From the human T2T-CHM13v2.0 reference genome, Homo sapiens, in the NCBI RefSeq assembly GCF_009914755.1, contig NC_060928.1: DNA of 64,000 bases; one strand, given 5' to 3'. Position numbers and translations under genes: made by a program. Within the stretch, counting starts at the first letter, position 1, and every line of letters starts with the position of its first letter. The notes beneath the pieces are model-generated. The model did not search any database, had not been told where the DNA came from, and saw only the letters and a list, made by a program, of their open reading frames with translations. Shown piece by piece: positions 13,421 through 28,450 of the stretch.

Positions 13421-15964
13421 TGTTGTCACCGTAGCTCTGAACGAGAGCACCTAGGATCCAAAGAGCAAGTCTTCTAAATGTTGCCTTTTATCTGAAAAAA
13501 ATAAAGATTCCAAACTATTTTTAATATCCATAAAATTATTGAAAGTGTTTTTTTACAATACAACAAAATGCAGACCAGTCTTGATAAAATATTATATATA
13601 CCTGATGACAGTAGTGAGAGGGTAGGGAAATTAAAAAAAATACACATATAGTTTATGTTAAAAGGTATTTGCAATTATTTAATTCAGCATTAAGGCTGGA
13701 GTCTATTAGAAGCAGTTTTTCCCATTATGGATCTATAGTCATATGCTCTGTGATTCTTGGTACACCAACAAAGAAACATTGAAGAAATAGATTCCAATTA
13801 AAGTAAATCACTGTTCCCTTAAATTAAGAAACATGGGTAAGAATGTAACTGTATCTCTGTCAGTAACTGAAGAATTCATATAGTTCAATCATACTTACTT
13901 TATATAAAACATTTTTTAATTTACAATTTATTGTATACAGCATTATTTTCTTAGTATCTCATTTATTTTCTGTTTTTATGAAGCAATAAGGTTTTCCTCT
14001 AGTAAAATTCATGAGTAAGCAGAAATATGAATAGGGAATAAACTATTGTGTCATAGTTATTCAACAATTTACCTTTTTAAGGGTGGCCAATAACAAATAA
14101 AAACAATAGGCAGTGACAAACGGAAAAATGTGAAATATTATATTTAGTAAAAAGTACAAATATTTGCAGGTATTATTCATCTTCAAATACTGGCATGACT
14201 TATAATAACAATTTTAAGTAGTTATTTGTACTTGTTTTAGACATTCCATACAAGCCATAACAGCATATGTTAGAAATAGTTACCCAGTAGTAAGCAGATA
14301 ACTCTTTATATGTTTATGGATTATAATGAATCCATATTCCATGTAGGGCTATGAGGTGTTGATTCTGATTTTTTTTTTTGCAAAGGGGGTAGAGAGCAAA
14401 GGGTTCGTGGATATCCATGTATAATTGACATAAATTATAACAGCTATTAATACCTGACTCCTGATGATTCACCAATAAACATGGATGAGCTTTTAGGGAT
14501 TTTTAGGTTGTGTGTTTGTTGTTTGTTTTTAGTTTTTTTAGATCTTTCCTGATTACGAATCCAGTCTGCTAATGTGAAGAAGCCTGGACAAATTTAGAGA
14601 ACTGCCCCACTGAAACTAACTGTGGTGATCATCAAGAAATGAAGATTGAACCTCAAAAAGATACTACAGAATTCATCTTTGTGAATTTGGGGCTCTAGTG
14701 GATAATTAATGGTTCCTGATTGAGATTAATTCAAGGACAATTGAATGAATATCGCAGACCTCTTGACTCACTTAAGAGTTCATAAACAAATATGCAAATT
14801 GGAGAGCGGTAGCATTTTGATAAATATTATCCAGCTTTTTTATAAGATGTTAAGAGTCTCCAGAAATAAAAAGCAGCAACAACAACATTATTAAGAGTCA
14901 GATACTATTAGGACCACTATGATCTATTCATTGGCTGTCATACCTCCATAACAGTTTAAATTACAAACAAAACCAGAAAACAACTGTTAGCTAGCCTGAC
15001 AGTTATTTAATTACTATTGGCATTGACAACTTAGATTAATTTATTTTCAATAGGTAGATCTTTAACATTCTTCATCATAGTAGGATTTTGCAGAATTTTA
15101 TCCCAACTCAGATAATTTTCTTTTTCTAATTTCCTATCATTGAGAAAGATGAAAATAAGAATACAAATGCTATATATTTGTGTGTTCAATTTGATCAAGC
15201 ACTGATTTTGGGGGATAGTTTATTTTAGTTTGAGACGTTTTTAGCCTTATTTGGCAGATATGCACATCGATTGAATAGACCCATCTGTTGTCCCAGCAAT
15301 TAGTTGGCTTGCATCTAGATAAATCAGGCATGTATCCAATGTGAGAGGAATCTTCTGTGGGAGGCCTTGATTATGAAATTAAGATGTGGCTTCCAAGAGA
15401 AATGCCAACTGAATGTAAGCCATGAGCCTGTGCATTCATTCATGGCATTTTGGGAATTTTCTGAGACATACACCGTTTACTCAAAATATTAATTGAAAAA
15501 AGTTCATTTGTCAGAATAAAATTGGCTTCAGATTTGCTTTGAGTAATTTCGTGATGTATTAAAACACCCAAATCACAACTGATAAAAGTATGCCTCACTT
15601 GTTAGATTTACTTAAGACTTCTAGAGCTTGACATGTTAATATTTGCATAACTATACAAATATTTTAGCAGAATATTTTCAGACAACTAAGCTTTAAAAAA
15701 TATTTTTTCTAAATGTTAAGGTCAGAATTGAGAACCAGCATAGTTCAAGTTGTCACCATCTATCTACTGTTTTATGAAAACCAATGGGAAAAAATAATTA
15801 CTTTTTTACAAAAATTTCTCCCGTGTTAATTAATTAGGGTAGTGGGCAATTTTTATTTTCAGTGCTCAAGATATGAAAACAAATGTCATTAATAAATATA
15901 AATACAATACTTATTAGAAAGTATACTAAACTTACATACATCTAGTATTCCTCAATAAAACTGT

Positions 15965-16870
15965 CCATCCATTCATATAATAAATCCATATTGAAATCCA
16001 ATTTTGTGCTGACATTCTAAATTCTGGTGAAAAGTAGTAAAGGAAATATTAAAATTTTAATTAAAAAACATTGCCCTTCTTGCAGGTAGATTGTAAATAT
16101 AATTAATTTATTAAATAATACTTTATTATATACTAGTTTGCTTGTATAAAATAAAATATTTAATTTATTAATTCTATTAATATTTTATATATTTAACTTT
16201 ATTATATATAAGTGAACTAACCTATAATAAAATATTATTAATTTATTAATTCTGTTTAATTGCTCTGAAGAAAAATAAAGCAGAGAATAAGAATAGCAGT
16301 AGACACTGTATGTTCCAATTTTAAATTGAGTAGACAAAATTTAACTGAGAAGGTGATATCTGAGTGAATACTGAAATGACATGAGAGCGTGAACCCAGCA
16401 GATTTAGGCAGTTCAGAGTACCAGAATGAGAAATTAGCAAATTCACATGTCATGAGGCAAGAATGTGCCTGGTGATGTTTGGGAATGCCCAGGAGCCAGT
16501 CTTCTGTGGCAGTGGTTAGGGAGAGAGCAACTGGAGATGCAGAAAGGGGTAATGGCCTTTGTAATTACTTTGATTCCTATGCAGAGTGGGATACAGATCA
16601 TTGGACAGTTTTAAGAAGAAAAAGCTATAGGTTGGATTTTGAAAATAGAAGTGTGATTGCTTCTGAAAGAATTATTTACTGAAGCGCAATGGTGGAAGCA
16701 GTAGCAGTAGAAGTGGCAATAAATGATTAGAATCCAAATTTTATGTAGGTAGTGCCTAAAGAATTTGATGAAGATGGAATATATTCCAAAGGAAGAAAGG
16801 ACTAAGCAATTATTTTGAGTTTTTGGCTTCAGCTACTAAATGGATACAGGTCAAGTTAACTGAATGGAAT
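15965..16870 (-). mobile_element. L2 (L2a-like) remnant with AT-rich foldback insert at about 16100-16255
   Basis: catccattcat...; gctctgaagaaaaataaagcag...actgagaaggtgatatctgag...gaggcaagaatgtgcctgg...ggagccagt. Confidence 0.7.
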
Positions 16871-16999
16871 ATAATTTAATTTTTTAAAATTAATTTTCAT
16901 TTCTGCCTCTTAATTATTTTGATAGCAGAAGTGTAGGCCATTTGCATCTTTCTTTCTCCTCAGACACATAACCCTCATTTACATGTATTGAACCTTTGT

Positions 17000-17770
17000 A
17001 ACCCAATTCCATGGATACATCCTATACTAGCAACTATGCTACATTCAGTCCTGTTAACAAGCATCTCACTATTTAAACTCCACTTCTCTTTCTCTGGCTC
17101 ATTTATTCAAATATATCCCTGAACAAATTCTTCAACCTCATTAAGACTCTAACCTGTAGACCTACACAGTGTTTTCACTTCTGTTGTTGCTCATCTGAGA
17201 TCACATGATTACAGTTTTAAACACTTCTTTACAATCAGCTTTAAAATGTCCTTTTCTCTGTGATCTCATCTTACTTATCTAACAAAATAATAATAATGTT
17301 TCAATTCAAATATCAATTTTCTCCCTTTTGTATCTAATCAACTGTAGGTTTTTTTGAGATTTCCAGGGAGAAAATTAGACACATTTATGCATCTATACTC
17401 CTACTCTCTGAAATTACTGACTCATTGTACCGCTATTTCTTTAGATAATGAGTCTCCCTAAATGAGTCATTTATGTGCATGGTTTTAAATACATTTACAT
17501 GTATTTCCAAATATTTCCAAATAATTTCCAAATATTTATCTCTAATCCAAATCTCTCCCTCAACTTTTAATTAATTTAGCCAGTTGTCTTCTTGGTGCCA
17601 TTAATGTTTCATATGCAGGTGAAACTTAATTCCAAAATAGAATCCACTTTCCAGTACAACATGTAATTTGTCTGTCTTCATGGAAGAATTATTGATTCAG
17701 TTAATGAAGCTGGATATCTAGGATTCTTCATTGATATATCTGTTTTCCTCATCACCCACTGTTTGGCTTG
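17000..17770 (+). mobile_element. L2 remnant
   Basis: catggttttaaatacatttacatg...tccaaatatttatctctaatccaaatctctccc...aaacttaattccaaaatagaa. Confidence 0.5.
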
Positions 17771-19617
17771 TATTAATAAAAATGTCTCTCTCACTCCCAG
17801 CATACATACAGCAAGGATTTTTGATACACACACATGTATGTGCCTCTTTCCTTTTGTGCACAAATAGACTTACAAAAGTTTAAAAGTTTTGGTATAGCCT
17901 TTAATCTAGTTTTTAACTATGAATATGTGTGTATGGGTGTGTATGATTCTGTTGGAATATCAGTTTAAGGGGAAGTAATGTGGAGAAAATTTCTTTATTC
18001 CTAAATGTATTCAGTTTTGAATTCTAGATTTAAGAAGGAAAAAGTAGTAAAATGAAAAATAAAGATGCTTCATATAATATAGGTATTTAATTCTCAGTAA
18101 CATTTTTTCAAATCTATTTATAATCTATTTTATAATTTTGTGTAGCACATGACTGATTAAAGTTTTTCTGTACCTTAGTGGTTTGTCATATGTGCTTAAT
18201 TTATTTCTCTTAAAGTAAATCATATGATGTTATTTAAGCACTTTCTTCTGGAGTGGTATGAGTTTATTGATTCACTTAATTAGATATGCGTAGGCCACAA
18301 CATATATATAACAGCGGACTTATCTTCATATTGGTAATATCATTGATGAGAAATAAAATAATACCAATAAAACATGAAACCAAACAAGAGTGTTACATTA
18401 ACCCATGAGCATAGTTTATCATTAATTGAAGAATTCAATCAACTTAATTCTGCATACTTAAAGAATTAACAAAGAAGAAACAATATATTTGGAGTAATAT
18501 TGTAACCTGAACTATTGTAAAATTCAAAATTCTTAAGAAAGAATAATCAACCTGCTATCGTCTTATGAAACACATGCCTAATTTTCCTTTATAAAAACAC
18601 AAAAATGCTATTTGCATTATAAAAATATCCAAATGCCAACCAGATTTAGTAAAATTAAGAAGCCATGAAATACGTTAATATCAAAGCAAATGCCACCTTC
18701 AGAGGATTCATTAGATGACAGAAAAATGAAAAGTATATGCACACATAGGGCCGGGGAACTAATAACTTACATGGATTATTTTCCCAAGAGACTAGAAGAC
18801 ATGCTTACTCACACAAATAACTCCTGAAGTGTGTATTTGTAATGAAGACATTAGACTAACAACAGTCATATGGATATAAACCTATTCTTTTTATTGAACA
18901 TAAACACATTCACTGATGAAAATTAATTTTTAAAAACTACTCCTGAATATAATAGCTAATAGTACATTTTTTCAGGCTTTGTTTCTATAATGATGTAACC
19001 TATATTTCTGATATAATTAAAAGGAAATATGCTAAAAAAGAATACCTGGTATAATAGTTTTTTTATATTAATTTTATTATTTAAATGGCAGCCTAAATTA
19101 AGTGATTTTCTTCTCCCCAGACAGTTTGTGTTGCTCCTGGAAAGTATGAAGCTTCAACATAATCGCCATTTAATTGGCATTTCATAAAACCCTTTTCCAT
19201 CAATAGTACACTGTTTTCACCCTCTTCAGTATTGGTACTATTATAATACAAACTTTAGAATCCAAATTTAAATTCCAAATTTTCTATGTCTTTATTTTAA
19301 CTTTTCACAATAATCATGACTTCATTCAACAAATATATACAGGCTTATTTTTTAAACACGCACACACACACATACACGCACACCTCTTGAACAAAATGCC
19401 TCCAAATGTTTACAATACATATGTTTAAACTGAGGAGTAATGGGTGATTTTCTTTGTGTTCTACGATTATTTGTATACATTTGCTATCATGATCATGCAT
19501 GTTTTCATATTAAGAAAAAATATAGTAAAATAGCTGACATTTCATTTTCATTCCTTTTTTTTCAGGGGAAAAATATATCGAATTGATAGTACTTATCAAA
19601 ATCTTTATTGATGAGAG

Positions 19618-19838
19618 CAATGATTCACAAACTTTTTACATCGTGATACACACAAAGTATAATGTTTTGTGGAAACATTAGGTTAAACTAGACTTCTGAA
19701 GTCTAAAGGCAGTCAGCCTAGTGGGCCAGTGTCTCAAATGCTGAGGCAGGCAGTACCTGGGGACACCGGTAACTCAGAACTTGTACACCAATTTGCCACA
19801 CCTTGGGGAGGACCTCAAAATTATTTGAAGACATACTG
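19618..19838. mobile_element. Probable hAT-Charlie-type MITE
   Basis: Degenerate terminal inverted repeats caatgattcacaaa ... tttgaagacatactg; family not determined. Confidence 0.4.
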
Positions 19839-20537
19839 TTTTACCAATATTTCAATTATTCTTCAGAGCATTGCAAATACATTTTGTATTGCAGAGTTTC
19901 TATTACTAACTTTCTTTTTTGCGTGTTTGGTGATTAGGATTCCAGAATCAACTAAAAAATGATAAAGTGAGATATTTGTCTCCTAGTGTCCTTTACAGAG
20001 GTTGAATATAATATCTTCTCTTAGTTTTATCCTTTTTATCTCTCCTTCTTTTTATTTAAATGCATTTTTCAACATATTAAACAATGTTTAATACTGACAA
20101 TGATTCTAAAAGAAATTGTATGTTCTTGGCACCTGTGACAGTTTCAATCTTAATCTATTTCAAACTTTTAGCTTTCAAATGAATTGATGTATTTATACTG
20201 TGCTTTTTTAAGCAAACATTTATAAAATTCAGGACCTATCCCATAAATATAATTTTCTAAGTTACTGTTATATATTAAGTGGTTAAAAATAAATATTTAA
20301 AATTGCTATAATCAGTAACACTAACATACACTAAATAAGTACACAATAAATGTATGAATTCCTAAACAGTGCATAATTCAAATCACATTAAATTAGTCTA
20401 CTTAATAAAAGAAGTAAATCATATTAGACTATAGTAGGACTAAAATAGTGAATCAATTTTCTACATTATAAGAATACTGCTTTGTAAGTTATGTTTTAAA
20501 TAACCCTTTCCTTTTACCAACCTATTTTTTAAGTTGC

Positions 20538-20682
20538 CATCAACCTCCCAGTCTCAAGGGATCCTCCCACCTCAATCTCCTCCCTACCCCCAGTAGCTGG
20601 GATTACAAGCATGAGCCAACAAGCCCAGATATTTCTTTTGAGCTTGTTATGTAGAGATGGGGGTCTCACTATATTGCCCAGG
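20538..20682 (-). mobile_element. AluJ-type internal fragment
   Basis: ctcaagggatcctcccacctca...gtagctgggattaca...gtagagatgggggtctcactatattgcccagg. Confidence 0.85.
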
Positions 20683-20749
20683 ATTTATTTATTTGTTTAT
20701 TTTATTCTAAAAATATATTGTTAAACAAAACTTTCTAGCTTTTTTTTTT

Positions 20750-21710
20750 AACCACAAATTCATTATTTAACCCTTGAAATTCTCTGTACCACTTGAAAGA
20801 AACTTCTCTGTCAAGGATATCAGTAACTATCTAGTATCTAAACTTCTAGCATATTTTCACTTCCTTTTCTCTTTGATTTCAAAATCCCATAATCCAGCTG
20901 CCTTCCTGTTAAATGTTGAAAGTCTATTTCCTTGACTTCCATTAAAACACTTACCTTTTTTTCTTCGTTTTTTACTGTTTTATCTTTCTGTATGTGTATT
21001 TGGAGTTTTAGTGCTCCCTGTGTTAAAGATTGTCAATACCATGGTTCCAAACTGTAGACTAATGTTTTCAAATTATTGAATGTTTAATTTATATCAAATA
21101 TGGTGACTCTAAAACTAAATTAATTCCCATTCAATAACATCACAACTATCCAGTTAGCCAATTTAGGAACCTATACGTTATCTCTGATTCATTTCTCTCC
21201 ATTATCTCTCATATTCAGTAAGTTACTAAGCTCTCCAAATTTTACTTCCAAAATAACTTTTACATCCGTTCTTTATTTTTATTCTCCCCAGCACCAGTAC
21301 CATTGTGCTAATTAAGATGCTTATCTGTCTTCAGGGATATCACGAATCTCCTGAATTCTATTTCAATAGACCCTCATGTTTACAGTATTTTCATCCAAAT
21401 TGTTACTCAAGTTATTTCTAAAATGCAATTCTGATAAGATTAATTATTCTGCCTAAGATGCAGTCATGACTTCTTATTGCCTAAAACAAAGGTCTAATTT
21501 TTGTGTAATAGCATAAAACGCTCTACTCAATATTATGTCAGTTTATTATTTGAAACTTATCCTCATTCTCTTTCACCTAATAGAGGACATTTTATTTGTG
21601 TTGGTTACCTATTTCACATTAGACATCCCAAAGGGGTCAAAAATTTCCTTCTTGTTTCCAAGAATATTTATGTTCAACAGTTTTTTAATCAAGTGTTGCT
21701 ATCAACTGTC
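20750..21710 (+). mobile_element. L2 remnants
   Basis: aaacttctctgtcaaggatatcagtaac...; cacaactatccagttagccaatttaggaacct...; ttctaaaatgcaattctgat. Confidence 0.5.
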
Positions 21711-23637
21711 TGAATCTTAAAGAAATTAAGCAAAGTAACAGGAAAGTTAACAAATGGAGGCAATAATAACAGAAGTCTAGATACAATGGAGGATTAAATA
21801 CCAAGTTACGGTGGTGTCCCATGTAATACCATGACTAGCTAAATTTTTTTAGTATTCATACTTCCTTATTTCTGGCTTGCTTTATGAAACCGATTCTCTT
21901 CACTTCTCATTGGTTCTGTGAGATATCAGATATCTTCCCATCTGAATTAATCAATATCTGCTTCCATTATTTTCAGCTAAGCACTGCAACAGATAAAAAC
22001 CCTGCCACATAAGAGCATAAAGTACATGCACATACATTGTGAAATATTATACCAAACTATTATACTGTCATATTTCTGAACATTATTTCCTGTTTTTTAA
22101 TCCAAAATGTTTCTGCTCATTAGTCAAGAAACATTTATTATGCATTTTTTGCTGTAACAACCTTAAAACCATGAAAGTTTGAGTTAATAATTTACTTAGC
22201 TTTATTTCTATCCTATGCTTTACATTTCTATATAACATATATTTTATCATACTTACTTGTGGCTTTCATTTTTCCTGTCTTCTAAACTAACTGTCAAGAG
22301 TTATGTGTCATCTGTGTGCGTGTATGGGTGTATGTGAAGATTTTCCCGGGTAGCTATTTGAATATAGGCATTTGGTTGAATTATATAATAAAACATCTTA
22401 TACGTGAATGTTGCCCAATAAATAACATTAGATGACTAAATGTGTACTTATTTAGAAATTTCTAAGATCAGATCATTTGAAAATCTCTGTAACTAGTAAG
22501 TTATTAACTATTACCTATCACTAGATAAAGTAATAATGCTGATGAAAAGCAATGGAAGAAATAAACGTTATACATTCTAATTATGTAAATATTAGTTTAA
22601 AAAACACTGGAATGTTTAAATTTAAGGAAATTCCTTTTCCTATAGAATTTGAAATGTAAATTATTATTCATGGGTATATTACATATGCACTCAATATAAT
22701 ATGAAAATAATTACAATTATTACATTAGAATCCCTTTGCTTCCTACTCCACATCTGGTCTTTTGATCAAATTATATTAAGTCCCTCTCTTAATATTGCTA
22801 AAATTAATTTTTTACAAGCATTTTTCAAAACTTCTCTTAACTCTTCCATTTTTAAAACCAAACCCTGTGTATACATTGATATACATATATATCAATGCAT
22901 ATTTGGAGTTAACATGTAAACTATTATGAACTAGTTGACTGACGTAGTTGTTTCACAAAGCTAATGAATATTCATCTGTCTTAGCATATTTTTATTTTTT
23001 CCAATTTTCTTGTGTCCAAATCTACATTGTGCTGTGCCTTCCTAATTGCACATGATGCAAACTGATTTATAAAAACAAAGAATGAAATGCCTTGGAGCTG
23101 ACATAATGGCTTGATGTTTGATACATGTGCTGTCCATAGTTGAACTGATCCAAGATATATTCATGTATATTTCAGGAAGCCAATTATATCCACTACTTAG
23201 AGAAAAACAATGAGTATTATTAGGGAAAGATAGAAATTGATTTGAAATAATTTGAATTAATTAAAAGAATCATTGCCAACCCTTTACCACATTGATTTTA
23301 CTATTTTTGTGCTAAAAACCAGATATACAAACGAGGAATGGAAAGAGAAGGGGTTTGGGTTTAATGTGTTCATAATAAAAGATTAATAACCTACTAGTGT
23401 GTAAAATGCTATTGACCTGTGACTTTATAGAGCTTTTTATTTCCAGTAATAATAAAAGCCCAACTATGTTATACCTACTTAATTGAATATCATATAGCTA
23501 TTAAAAATCTACTGTAAAAGATAATGTAGCAACCTATAAAGTACATATCAATTAACTATGGAAAAAATCAGGACTCAGAATTATGATAACACATTTTAGA
23601 TATATAAAGACACATATGCTAAATATTGCCAGAGAAT

Positions 23638-24042
23638 TGATGTAGTTTGTATATTTGTTGCTGCCCAAATCTCATGTTGAAATGTAATCCCCAGTGTTGG
23701 GCTGGGGCCTAGTGGGAGGTGATTGGGTCATGGTAGTAGATCCTTCATATTTTGGTGCTGTCCTTGCCATAGTGAGTGAGTTTCCTCAAGATCAGATTGT
23801 TGTAAAGTGTGCCACCTCCATCCCCACTCTCTCCCTTGTTCCTGCTTTCAGCTTGTGATGTGTCTAATCCCATTTCAACTTCTGCTATGAGTAAAAGCTA
23901 CCTGAGGCCTTCCGAGAAGCCATGCAGATGCCAGTACCATGCTTGTACAGCCTGAAGAACTGTGATCCAATTAAACCTCTTTCTTTATAGATTGCCCAGC
24001 CTCAGTTATTCCTCTACAGCAATGCAAGAATGGCCTAATGCA
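23638..24042 (+). mobile_element. MaLR solo LTR, MSTA/MSTB
   Basis: tgatgtagtttg...cccaaatctcatgttgaaatgtaatcccc...agaagccatgcagatgcc...ccaattaaacctctt...gaatggcctaatgca. Confidence 0.93.
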
Positions 24043-24779
24043 AAATAAAGCAATATGCTACCATAGCTTGCTTATTAAGATGATGTGGTAATAAGTGAAG
24101 TTTTATATTTAAATATTTTGGTATCTTTTTCCACTTTCTTTGTTTCAATAATCTATTTTATCAGAGAACAATTTTCTTTTTTCTTACGTTGTTTTTATTA
24201 TTAGAAACTGAAGCTAAAATACAAAAAAGAGATAAGCCACAAAACATTTGTCTCTCTAAACCCATTTCCATCTTATTATGACATTCTGTATGAGAGAACG
24301 CTGACTTGTTATACTTGCAGCAGGTGGTACAGGATTAAATGCCCTACATCATCTAGGACCTTCTTTCTATGAAGCAGGCTTATTTGCCTTGGTAGATAAG
24401 AGCTTGGTAGATAAGATCTCTCCATCAACTGGGACTTTTGATGGATAGCTGCTTTTGACTCCCACTGTGTAGCTGGAACCAGACACATCTTATCAGAAGA
24501 AAGCACTGAATCTTTTTATAGTAACGAGACACTTTAGCAATAAATCATTTATTTCTTGGGGCATATGTATCCCTAGTGTCATTTGTAAGCAAGTTATTAC
24601 CTGTAAAAAGATGGGCTTTTCTGAAGAAAGCCAATGGGCTTAGGCACTGCTTTTTGATGACAGCAGGAGCTGCTCTCAGAAACTTTTCTGAAACTCAACT
24701 CACTGAAACAGGTACAGGTGGTATGCACTATTTTCTTGAACCTAAAACAAATGAATGCCACCATATTCCAAGTCACCTG

Positions 24780-25440
24780 TAAGCCTGTTAATAATCTATG
24801 CTCAATACATCAGCTAAAGAAACATTTTAAAACACAATCAGATCAAATTACTCCTAATTTCAAAACCTTGAAATGCTCTTTATTTCACTCAGAGTAAAAG
24901 CAAAGTCCATTCTTGCTTTATAAACTCCTAGTGACCTGGCATCATTACTCACTGATTTTTTTTAAGTCCACAATTCTTTCTTGAACACTCTGCTCCAGTC
25001 ATAACCACCAGATCATTTACTATTTAATGAAAACACTGCATAGAGTCAAACTCAGGGCTTTTTCACTGGCTGTCTTCTGTAAGTAGAGTGAGGTTTTTCC
25101 CAGACATTCACATAGTGACCTTCCCTACCTTCTTCCATTAGTAGGAGTCTCTTTTCAATAAAGCATATTCTGAGCACCTTACTTAAAAATGTACTATGCC
25201 ACTTGGCACTGGACATTCAGTCTCCACACCTTGTAAACTATCATTTTTTTTCTATAGCAACCATACCCTTATAAACTACTGTAAAATCTACTTATTTATT
25301 ATATTCTTTGTCATTTTTTTAACCTCATACTAAAATTTAATTTCCATGTGACCAGAAAATATTTATCTGTCATATTCATTAATTCATTCCACATAGAGTT
25401 TCTGGAGCATAAGTGAGCAGTAAAAAAATTATTGAATAAA
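24780..25440 (+). mobile_element. L2a 3' remnant
   Basis: aatcagatcaaattactcct...ttcactcagagtaaaagcaaagtcc...ctcagggctttttcactggctg...; end ctggagcataagtgagcagtaaaaaaattattgaataaa. Confidence 0.75.
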
Positions 25441-25451
25441 TCAAATCCTAA

Positions 25452-25817
<366 letters not shown>

Positions 25818-25884
25818 TGACTTCACATTACCTTTTTGTTCAATGCTATACTCAAGGACAGAGTCTATGCTATGTTCCTGGTAG

Positions 25885-26330
25885 TGTGTAGGTAAAATCA
25901 ATTTAAAACATGGTTTATTATATCTAAAGACCAACCAGCTTTCAATTTCCTCTCATCTGATACTATAACCTCTGGCATTTCTGTGAGAAAATATCTTCCT
26001 TTTATGTGATGGGGTCACAACACATCCTCAATTAAGCAGGAGTGGCCCTGAGTCCAGAATGAATAATCAGTCACAATAGATGGATCAGTGTAAAGCAAGT
26101 GACCCAATTCATGCCAAAGTAACTGAGGCTTAAGGGAAACTATTAACTATTTAAAAAGGTGAAATCTCTTTTACTCTAAGAAACTTTGAAATTTTAACTT
26201 CAAATTTTTTATACTCTGATTTTTTGTTCATGTATCTCTAGACCTATTATTATTCTACCACAGACATACTTTAACATCTAGATCTTGGATCAATTAAATT
26301 GTTCCCATTCACTGCAACTAGGCGACTGTT
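25885..26330 (+). mobile_element. Very old MLT1 (J/K-like) LTR remnant
   Basis: gcaagtgacccaattcatgccaa and a terminal cactgcaact motif. Confidence 0.35.
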
Positions 26331-27984
26331 TGTTCATTCAAATGTGTGGAATGGTGTTTCTACAGATATTTTGTTTCTATTCTGAAATGGATCTTTAAAA
26401 TTCCTCTAGGTCTTTCATTTCCCTGGTCAACTTTCTTTCCCATTAAGAATGTAGCTGTTTCCAATATGTTTCCATCCATTTGAATCACTTCCCAATTACA
26501 ACTCCAATCAGGCCAACAGACTCCTTAGCCTTCTACTTCATGGAGAAAATATGAGTGTTTTAATTTCTCACATACTGTTAATCAATTTAAAAGTTTATAT
26601 TTACCTTTCCTTTTCATATTCTATTTTAATGGGATAGGTGTTTTAACATAAAATGCCAACTCAAGGTTTGGATCCCATTTCTAGCCTCTTCTTCATAAAT
26701 CTCATTTCTTTTATCGTGATTTCTCTCTTTTCTAAATCTCTCATCAACAGTGAGACTTCGTCAGAAACTATTGAATTTCTATACTTGACTAGGCAGTGGG
26801 CTAGGGACTAGGACTGTGAGAGTCGTTAGAGTTACTCTTAGCTACGAAACATATTACTTGGTTTGATGAGTAATACTATTCAAATAATCAAACTGAAAAT
26901 GAACATTATCACAATATATTTCTATAAAAATTCTTTGTTTTATTAGATAATTTAATAAATCATTTAATGAAGTAGGACTGCAGAGAGGCTTCCCTGAAGA
27001 ACTGATTTTCTCTGATGACAAAGGAGAATAGGCATTTTTGAAATGGTTTCAGGACAAAGTGGATGTCCAAGAAAGAAGTAACACTATATCTGTAGGAGGC
27101 GTGACAGATAAGACAAACAATAATAAGTTCAGGATGATTAGAATCCAGAAAAATAAAGAGATTTGTTGATATCGGAGTTGAGAAACTATATACAAACCAA
27201 CTAAATGACGACTTATTTTTATCACCACATTTTAGTGTTTAAGACGAAACCATCCTAGGTATCTCAAACAGGAAGAGAGTCAGCACAGTAAATTAGGAGC
27301 TTTCAGTGTTATTGGAATCACAACAGGAGTATGAGTTAGATATACTGCTACATGACTGTACAGATCACCTTGACAACAGCTTTCCAAAGATCAGAAGTTT
27401 GCTGTTGCCTCCAATGCTGGTATCATCACCTCAAATAAAACACCTATGTAAATATAAAATGCTAAGTCCAGCCACCACAAACACTGTCTTTCATACTTGT
27501 GTGTCAACATTATACATTAGGCTGTATTAAGATATTTTACCTTAAAATCTCCTTTGAGATTTATGAAAACACATCTCACTGGCAGAATATAGTTTATATA
27601 TTATGCCCGATTGCTAATGAATCTTGAAAATGTAGTGTTTAGATTGATTCATTGCAATTCAGAGAGGTGCATGAATGTGGATGAGAATAGCTGCTAAATG
27701 ACAATGTACAGGAATGCTTTGTAAAATATGTTGGCCATGTAATTTATTAAATAATTTTAATATATAATCAGACTTGCATTTTGGAAATCTCAGGCTTTAC
27801 AGTAAGAAAGATGCTTAAAGAGATGCAGAATGAAGGATGAAAAAAATAGTTTGGAAGCTACTGCAGTGTTGATCAAGCTGAGAAATAGGGGTAAACTGGG
27901 TTTATGGTATGGCCATGCAGATACAATTAACTACAAAAAATTTATGCATTGAGGGAATACAATTTTTAAGACTTTTAAATTTAT

Positions 27985-28450
27985 TAGTTTAGTTTCCTCT
28001 GAAGCAGACTCTTAGTCACAGATGTAAGTTCAAGTACTTTTCTGGATGTAATCAAAGGAAGCACTGGTAAGTGAGGTAGAAAGTGAGATATGAAAGAAAT
28101 GGGAACCAGTTCTTAAGTGTATTAATGAAAAGTTTTCCAGTGTGGGCATCAGGATCTCATTTTTGTTGGAGGTCTTCAGAAGACCATGAAGAGAATTTTT
28201 CATGAATGTCCCATGAAAGAGTTAAGGATGCTTGGGAATAAATCTTCCATATTCCATCCACTATTGACTGATGTTGCTTTAAATTATTCATTTCCTATTA
28301 GTTCCAACACGCCTCACATGTCAGCTGAGTGTGCTAGGGAAATACCTCAAAGAAAAGTCACAAACACTTTCAGTGGGTAGTTGAGAGCAGGAACAAGAAT
28401 GGTAAGAACCATGGTTAAATGGACAGGAATGCAACAATATCTAATACAAC
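27985..28450 (-). mobile_element. LTR33-like ERVL solo LTR inserted in L2 remnants
   Basis: tttcctctgaagcagactct...aagtacttttctggatgtaatcaaaggaagcactggtaag...gtgtgggcatcagg...caacaatatctaataca. Confidence 0.65.
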
